From contig OZ176060.1 in assembly GCA_964247055.1 (NCBI GenBank), positions 62,001 through 126,000 on the forward strand: a stretch of DNA of 64,000 nucleotides, read 5' to 3'. This DNA is from Paragordius varius. Taxonomy: Eukaryota; Animalia; Nematomorpha. How positions within the stretch are numbered: the stretch's first letter is position 1; each line of letters starts with the position of its first letter. Under the pieces are notes generated by a model. It saw only the letters and a list, made by a program, of their open reading frames with translations. It did not search any database and was not told the origin of the DNA. The position numbers and the translations under genes are program-made. Shown here piece by piece: positions 56,551 to 64,000 of the stretch.

Positions 56551-58013
56551 ACAATCAAATATTCAAATATGTATCAATTGACAATTGTGATATGCTTATT
56601 AAAATGACCTAAGAATACATTATTGGCTGTATATAAATATGTTTAAATAATTACAAATTTATATTTAAGTATTTACAGCAAGATTGGGCAGTACTGTTAA
56701 TTCTCAAATTGACTTTGACTAAATTACCTTCTTATTAAATTAAAAACTTTTATATTTTCTATTTCAAATCTGGCTTTTTGTCTAAACATATTTTATAATA
56801 ATATTATTAGGGATATTTATTATACTCAAAAATAGTATAATATAAACTCTAAAATTATTAGAATTTGATTTTTAAAAAATGATAGAAATATATTATAAAA
56901 TTAAAATGTAAGCCATCCAAACATCATGCTACGATTCATTTTTACACATCTTGAAAATTAAATTTATATTAATAAAAACTAAGTTTATATTCGCGTATAA
57001 AAAGCATTCTAAAGTTCGCTTAGAAATAAATTAGTTTTAAAATTAGCTAATATCGTAAAATAAACATTTTATTATAAAAAAGGCTAATTTATTCTAATCA
57101 TATTCAAATATTGCACCAATCAACTTCATTTATTGAATTAATAGTTTAAAGAAGTGAATTCCAACACAAATCGCTTTGCGGGCCGCATTTTTAGCTTAAA
57201 AATAGGACGTTAGGAATATATATGCGAGCATTCATAATTAATTTATATGATTTTTGAACATAAGATCATAAAAAGAAATCGGAAGGCAACAATATATCTT
57301 GTTATTTAAAAAATATTTTTTAGGAATCATTAATTTTTAGATTTTATGAGAATGTTTTTGATGGAATCTTTTTAAAAAAACTAAAAAATTCATTTCAATA
57401 TAAGGAATGACAATTGTTGTCTCTCATAAATAAATTAACTAGAAATATTTTCATATTCACTACAATAAAAATATTATTTTTATCGATGAATTTTTTTATA
57501 TATTTTAAATTATTTACTTAAATTATTAAATTTTTTTAAATATAATTATAAATTGGCGATTTTAATTAATTATGTTAAGTATTAGTTAATAAAATTTTAT
57601 CAGAATCAATATATTTTAAGTAATATATTTATATATATAATTATTTGTAGAAATATTCGAAAGTAATTAATATTTGATGAATATAGCTAAATAGTTTTTC
57701 ATAAGGTGAATAGATTAATTGTTATTAATAGTAAATAATATTAAACTATTTCAAATCATATATTAATTGATAAACATTTCTTTATGAATATCTTAATAGA
57801 TTTTCAATAAGTAATTAGATTTATCAGTACTAAATTATAATAACTAATTTAGTTGTTAATTATTGTCAAATACATATCCAGCAAAGAGAATTATTATTGG
57901 CTAATAATTGAGAACAAAGTGAAAAAAATAACTATAAGCCAATAATACTGCCCTTTGTTGAATATGCCATTTATTTGTCAATAATTTATAACTTTCTAGC
58001 AATGCATACTTAC

Positions 58014-58017
58014 CCAT
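58014..58017 (-). CDS. Candidate coding part of the ZF2 first exon (ATG G | GTAAGT, phase 1)
   Basis: The minus strand reads ...ACAGT-ATG-G|GTAAGT. This phase-1 donor exactly fits the phase-1 acceptor at 53405, giving M-D-F-G-D-S-T-Y (296 aa) across a 4608-nt intron. No transcript evidence. Confidence 0.45.
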
Positions 58018-58525
58018 ACTGTAATTGAATATTTTTTTGTGATTTAATTTATTATTAATTATACTAATTTAAAATATTAGTGTTTAAAAGATATATAAAT
58101 AAATATTAAATTTTTAGTTAATATTATTAGATTATTTCTTAACTATGAAATAAATTATTTTTTATTTGAATTATTTAATCAATAATTAATTTAAAAATAA
58201 AATATTTCTTATATTAAAAATAATAAAACTTATAATCTAGTTTAATGTTTCAACAATAAATTTATATTATATAAGATCAAATTACCAATATTAATTCCTA
58301 GTCTTTATTGATATAATTATATAGACTCATAATATAATAATACTAGTTATATTTAATTAATTTTATAAAATAATTAATACCGCTTTTTGGAGAAAAACAT
58401 TAAATTGTTTAATATTTTAAAATTTTAATTTATCATATAATAGTTTTGTCATTTTTAGTGTACATGGTATTAATAAATATATTTTATCAATCCTGCTTTA
58501 TAAGCGACTTATATGTAATCTTATA

Positions 58526-59101
58526 TTAATAACACTGCTCAACAAGGTTTTGCACCACCCCATTATTTTTGCATTTTCTGATACCTAATGGCATGGAAAG
58601 GCCAAAACAAAAAAGAAAATTGAGGCCGTTAATAGGATTTTTCCGAAATTTAATTTTTAAATTTGTATTTAATTCAAAAATAACAATCATTCCTCGTGCA
58701 CATATGTTTAAATATTCAAACGAACAAGTTGATACAAGTAATATTCCATGCATGAATAACAAAATTCCAGGTATTAAATAAGATACTAAACAAGCTAAGA
58801 GCCAAAGTATTAAAAATCCAAAAAGGGCTTATGTATAGTGTGATAGATATGGGCGGCTGCACAAGCTCTGCATATCCCCCAAGCGATCCAATTATGCCAG
58901 ATATGGCAAAGATAACAATATGTAATCGTAAAGCCCGATAAGAGAGACTTGCAAGCAAAATCCAGGCAAATTGACATGACAAATTAACCAATTCACAGAA
59001 TAAAGTTAGATAAATTCTACAATTAAATTGAATAAAAAGATATACAAATGGTCCAATCCCATAATAGTAAATTCTACTAAAAGTGGCTACACAACATCCA
59101 T
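58526..59101 (-). pseudogene. Hydrophobic (multi-pass membrane-like) exon or gene fragment with an apparent frameshift; unidentified
   Basis: A TTTCAG acceptor precedes ~128 stop-free codons (DGCCVATFSRIYYYGIGPFVYLFIQF...SGIIGSLGGYAELVQPPISITLYI...). An overlapping frame from ~58830 (ALFGFLILWLLACLVSYLIPGILLFMHGILLVSTC...FCFGLSMPLGIRKC...) runs to 58526. GC is higher than in the flanks. No family recognised. Confidence 0.4.
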
Positions 59102-59913
59102 CTGAAATTCAAAATACAAAACAACCAATAATTTAAAAAAAATAAGGTATATCCACTAGGTATAAATAAGGGATTTTTTATAAGAACCAACTCAAGAGAA
59201 ACAGTCTAATAAGTACTCGAAAGAACGAAAACTAACAAAAAAATATAACCTATCTGAAAGCCGAAGGTTTAAACCATAGAATGCCTTTTTTGTATTTTTG
59301 TAAAAAATTTTTATATGTGTGAAAAATTCACTTAAAAAAAAGACTAAATTTTGACGTTTAAGTCCGTCTATTTTTTTCTCTCTGATATATTTAAATGACA
59401 TATTTATATTCAAAAGATAGAGTTTAAAACGCTTTATTAAATGATATTAAGTTTATAATATAATAGCATTTTATTATAAAGTTATATTTATCTCGATTTT
59501 CACTTGTTTTTGAAAAATTGAAAAACCTATAAAATTTCAGAATTCTGATTGGCGGGATCAAAATTTTTTTGAATTTCGGTTTTAAAACACTGAAATTAGT
59601 CAAAATCTAAAAAGTTTGAGTGGTGGTGCTTAAAAATGTCCAAATTTGTCGACTAGTGTAGTTTATGTAGAAAAGTTTTCCTTTTAATAAGTATAGTTTT
59701 ATATCATAAAAAAATATTTTTCTTTATACTTTAACATTTTATCTATCAATTATAATCATTAGTGTAATGATTTAATGTTTGCAAAAGTTGTAATTTTTAT
59801 AGTTACAATAATAAACCTATACACAAAGTTTTATGTCATTACTTGGGCTTTTAAAACGAATTTTATCATTAATAATTTGACTTTTCAAATTACATTTATA
59901 CAAATTTGTTTAG

Positions 59914-60840
59914 ATTTCGGCGATTCGACCTACAAACTTTGGTGTGATCTCGATACTAAACTTTATAAAGTAGAACTCAAAAATCAACAAGAAGAATATA
60001 TTAATCCATGTAAACCGGCATCTTTTATTGATTTATTGGAAAACGAAGACTTTACAAACGATGATTTACGGATAATTTTGAACGCTTCTTTCCATAACCT
60101 TTGTCATTTAAGGGAACATAAAAACGAAAATGCTCTACAAAATAATAATTTAAATGATGAAAATAAAAATGATACCAAAACCAACAAAGATACCCTAGTG
60201 ATCTTTCTCTGAAAAAATCACCAAAAAATGTAAAAGATATAAGCTCGGTATCTTCAAACATTGATTCCGGTAACATAAGCTTGTATTTGATGATAGTAAC
60301 AAAAAACCTATTAAATCTTTAAACACTCAAAAATTGGACAATAATTATCGATGTATTCAATGTGATAAGATATATATGTATAAAAGCACCTTAACTAAAC
60401 ATATTCGTTCTGTTCATGAACAAGTGAAATATCCGTGCAGAATTTGTTCAAAGATGTTTTCTTGCAAAAGCTCTCTTATTCAGCACATTAAGTCAGTTCA
60501 TGAGAAAATTAAACATGAATGTCCGATTTGTAAAAGAGAATTTACTCAAAGAGGAGATGTTACATCACACATTCAATCTGTTCATGAACAAGTTAAATAT
60601 CCTTGTCCGATATGTAAAATAGATTATTCTAGAAAAAGATATCTCACCAAACACATTCTATCTGTTCATGAAAAAAAAACATGATTATCCCATTGGTAAA
60701 TCGGTATTTTCTAATAAACCAATCTTGCATCGCTCATTCAATCTGTTCATGAACAAATATAACATGAATGCCAGATTTGTAAAAAGGAATATACGGACAA
60801 ATACTATTTTAACAGGTACATCAAAAATGTACATAATTGA
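59914..60840 (+). pseudogene. ZF3: disabled paralog of ZF1/ZF2 (6 fingers, last two degenerate)
   Basis: Acceptor TTTGTTTAG at 59912-59913. Relative to ZF2 it has a net 34-nt deletion at ~60198, a 16-nt deletion at ~60283, 2-nt and 1-nt deletions near 60670 and 60718, an in-frame TAA before finger 6, and loss of zinc ligands (HDYPIG instead of HECPIC). Confidence 0.9.
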
Positions 60841-61219
60841 ACACTTTATAAATATATGTAGCATGTGTTCATAAATATAATTTGCTTAAAAATTATGATT
60901 TTCGCAAATGTTATATATTGAGATTAATGTTATTTTATGAAGTTTTGCAAAATGCATCATTAATAAAATATTTGAAATGCTATTTGACCGCTCTGTTCTG
61001 GACCTTTTTTTGTAGAAAAAAATTACAGTAAAAATCAAAATTATACCGTCAAAACCTAAAAATATAAACATAAATATTTTATTTTAGAACAACCATAATT
61101 TTATCTCCTTGATTTTCTTAATTATAACTGATTGGCCTACATTTTAGATTGTAAAATAGAGTTTAATTCGTAACAAATCTTTTTTCGACAAATAATCTAT
61201 ATAAATATTCACTTTTTTT

Positions 61220-61750
61220 TATACCATTCGCACTTCAAAAGTGTCCTTGAAAACTTCAAGTTGGTCCTTGAACGTTTCAGGTTGGTCTTTGAACATTTAA
61301 AGTTGATCCATAAATACTTAAAATTAGTCATTCATTTTTGTTTGTTTATACCTTTTATCAATCAAATCGTTAATCATTCATCTATTTATCGTTTTTAACT
61401 TATTTTCTATTACTAACATAAATTTTAAATCAATATCAACTTTTAATAATTGAAAAACCGTATAGCTTTATTATTTTCTCTAAATAATTTAGGATATTTA
61501 TAAGATGTTAACACTTAATTAAAAAATATATAATTTTGCTGGGTTAACATTTTTAATTTCGAAGACAATTAAAAGTCAATAATTTTGTTAAATGGAAAAA
61601 ATAGTTTGAGACAAAAAAGTGGTTTTAAATTAAAAAATTTTATATTAAATGAATAATATGAATAAAAAGGTAGGTTAAAAAATCAAATACATTCAAATAT
61701 TTTAAGGACCAACTTGAAGTGTTCGACAACACTCTTGAAGTGATGGTATA
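61220..61750. mobile_element. MITE with TATACCAT...ATGGTATA ends (copy 2, downstream of ZF3, inverted relative to copy 1)
   Basis: Left TATACCATTCGCACTTCAAAAGTGTCCTTGAAAACTTCAAGTTGGTCC; right GGACCAACTTGAAGTGTTCGACAACACTCTTGAAGTGATGGTATA. Interior 61320-61560 matches the reverse complement of ~51850-52105. Confidence 0.85.
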
Positions 61751-63584
61751 TGATAAGCATAACATATTCATATATACTACTAAACTATAGCCAGTGTGTT
61801 TAGATCACCTCATAATATATATTTTTGGTTAAATATATATATATTTTTAAATATTTAATTATCTAAACTAATTCAAATTTCTAAAAGGAACTAAGGAGAT
61901 TAAATGTTAAATTATGGCTATCAAAACTAGCTATTTTATCTAAAATAAACATAAACCCCAGACACATTGTTAAAACTTATTATAATCAAAATTTTATTAT
62001 AATGAAATTCTAAGGGTTAAACAGGCAAAAATTTTAGTTTTTAGGAAAACATCAAAAGTATAGACATAGGAGAGTTAAAAACCTAATCTTTCAAGTTTAG
62101 GTTACGCATAATTTGTATATATTTTGCCATTTAATTTCGTATGATTTTCAAATAATACACATAAAATTTTTAAATTAATCAACTGATCTAAATTCGTATA
62201 TTTATATCGTCAAATAATATTAAAAGGAGAGTAAATATTTCACATATACGGACAAAATGTAAAATATGAAGACAAATATAATTTTTCAAAAAATCATGCA
62301 TTCTAAATCTTAATAAATTTAAATTTAACTCACATTATGTATATCTTGATAATGTTAAACATTTACACCTCGAACATTTTCGAGTTTATTTTAAAATAAC
62401 TAGCCCATTTATGAAGAGCGATGAAATTTGGGATTCGGGGTCTATATCAAAAAATTAAAATATTTGAAATATCTGTTTGTCTATTTATAAGTAATTTATG
62501 ATAAAATTTACTGATATTTACAAATGAACCGTTAAACCTTTATCAAAAAAAATATATTTAACATGGCGCAAATTTTGCCATACTCTGTTATAAACCGTTG
62601 CAATTAAAGTGTAATTTGGTTAAATCAGTCGTGAGGATCAAAACCAAAAGCCCTATGATATTCCTAATACTTTTCCTATCGAATAATTTTTTTTATATAT
62701 TTCAATTTTATAATTTAAGAAAGAAGCCTTTAGAAAGAGGATATAAATTAATTGTATTATCACGAGCTGATGAAAAATATAACGCGGAGTTTTTTTTAAA
62801 GAAAATTTGACTTTATTTGGTCTTTCAAGTCGAATTCACGACAACAAGTAGCCTACGAGTAGTATTATATGTGTTATTAATTATCCAAATTTGTTAAAAT
62901 TTTTTATATTTATAATAATAAAAATTGTAGTATTTTATATTTTTGTACTATGCAAATATTATAACCATTGTTTACTCGTATAATTTTGTATGTATTATCG
63001 CTAATCATATTTATTTGGTAAATTACCATCACAGAAATTTCGTTTAAAACCTATATACTAAGTGAATGATCATTTTCACATATATTTTATTATAGCGGAT
63101 AAATGTAAAAATTAACTGTATAAGTTGAATTGTTAAGTACATGCCATCTTTTTAATGTTTATATTTAATATATATCGTAATTAGTTCAAAGATAGTTTAT
63201 TAGGAATGTATAAAAAGTTATGTTACAATGTTGACTCACCAATAATAAAGTACATGACTGAAAAAATTGTTTTGATTTTCTTCTAAATATTTTTATTAAT
63301 TTTCAATTATGATTATATCTTGTTTAATGTTAAATTTATAATATTTTATTGTGAAATTAAGCTAGAATTCGCATTAAATAAAAGTCGAAAATAATTTTAA
63401 TTTATATCCATTCGATTATTTTGATATAAATTACCTTTTATATTATGCGGAATTCTCTCAATTATTCTACATTCTACCATTTTTAAAAAATATAAACATT
63501 TTTAGGAGGCACGAATATATAGAGTGCTGTGTTTTGTCCATATTTGGGTATCAATAGCAACATAAAGGGAATTCTTCCATGATT

Positions 63585-63830
63585 CAGTAAAAATTAAACT
63601 TATACGGCAAAAAACGTAAAATATAAAGAATTATTTAAAAGATATCCATTTTATAAACATTTTCGGCATAAAAATTGTATTGTTAGAATTAAGAAATATG
63701 TATTGATTGTGTTTAGCATAAACTTTTACTACTTTGAAATATTAACGAATGATATATAAAAAAAATAAAAATTTAAAGTACTGAAAATTTGACTATATTT
63801 TACGTTTTGTCTGTATATCAATTAAAACTG
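63585..63830. mobile_element. MITE, CAGT-ended family (~245 bp)
   Basis: Left CAGTAAAAATTAAACTTATACGGCAAAAAACGTAAAATATA; right TATATTTTACGTTTTGTCTGTATATCAATTAAAACTG-TA. Confidence 0.6.
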
Positions 63831-64000
63831 TATTAAGAAATAAAATAAATTAACTGCTTATAAAATTGAATAACTTTATAATTAATATAAAACAATTATA
63901 ATATTTTTTTTAAGATCTTTTCCTTCTTCAATCAATAACATTATTTATTTACTATTTAAAAGTATTCTTTTACAAAAGATATAATTTATTAAAATAAATA

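Noticed and set aside
59545-59560. CCAAT box (CTGATTGGC) as a bidirectional promoter
   Set aside because: A short motif expected by chance, also present in the ZF 3' flanks; no supporting evidence.
44955-60874. ORFs 44955-45194, 45311-45553, 52455-52694, 52970-53164, 60052-60276 and 60668-60874
   Set aside because: These are antisense or alternative-frame shadows of the ZF exons. The 60668 ORF partly reflects the frameshifted fifth finger of ZF3.
56427-62810. ORFs 56427-56612, 58569-58781, 59192-59413 and 62598-62810
   Set aside because: Short, low-complexity AT-driven frames without recognisable motifs. The first lies in a dispersed repeat and the second is antisense to the hydrophobic segment.

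Overview
Very AT-rich eukaryotic DNA (about 25% GC or less by eye; spliceosomal GT-AG signals and C2H2 genes suggest an animal, species not identifiable). Bases 1 to ~43,723 are one uninterrupted head-to-tail satellite array in four domains. Domain A has ~217-bp monomers (1-14.56 kb). Domains B1 (14.56-18.65 kb) and B3 (39.3-43.7 kb) have ~235-bp monomers and flank a ~240-bp B2 core (18.65-39.3 kb). The array contains multi-monomer duplications, and each monomer has several dyads. All ORFs in the array are artefacts. The remaining ~20 kb is rich in non-autonomous DNA transposons (foldback elements, MITEs) and holds three paralogous C2H2 zinc-finger loci. ZF1 (+, 4 fingers) and ZF2 (-, 5 fingers) have open main exons; ZF3 (+, 6 fingers) is a pseudogene. 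All three share an unidentified N-terminal ~70-aa region; ZF1 and ZF2 also carry a PLDLS (CtBP-type) motif, which is deleted in ZF3. Their base-contacting finger residues differ almost completely. ZF2 and ZF3 form a head-to-head inverted duplication whose two outer edges are ends of the same MITE family. The most interesting hypothesis, which is unproven, is a fast-evolving family of ZF repressors at a satellite edge, amplified within a transposon-bounded unit. All alignments were done by eye and no database searches were run.
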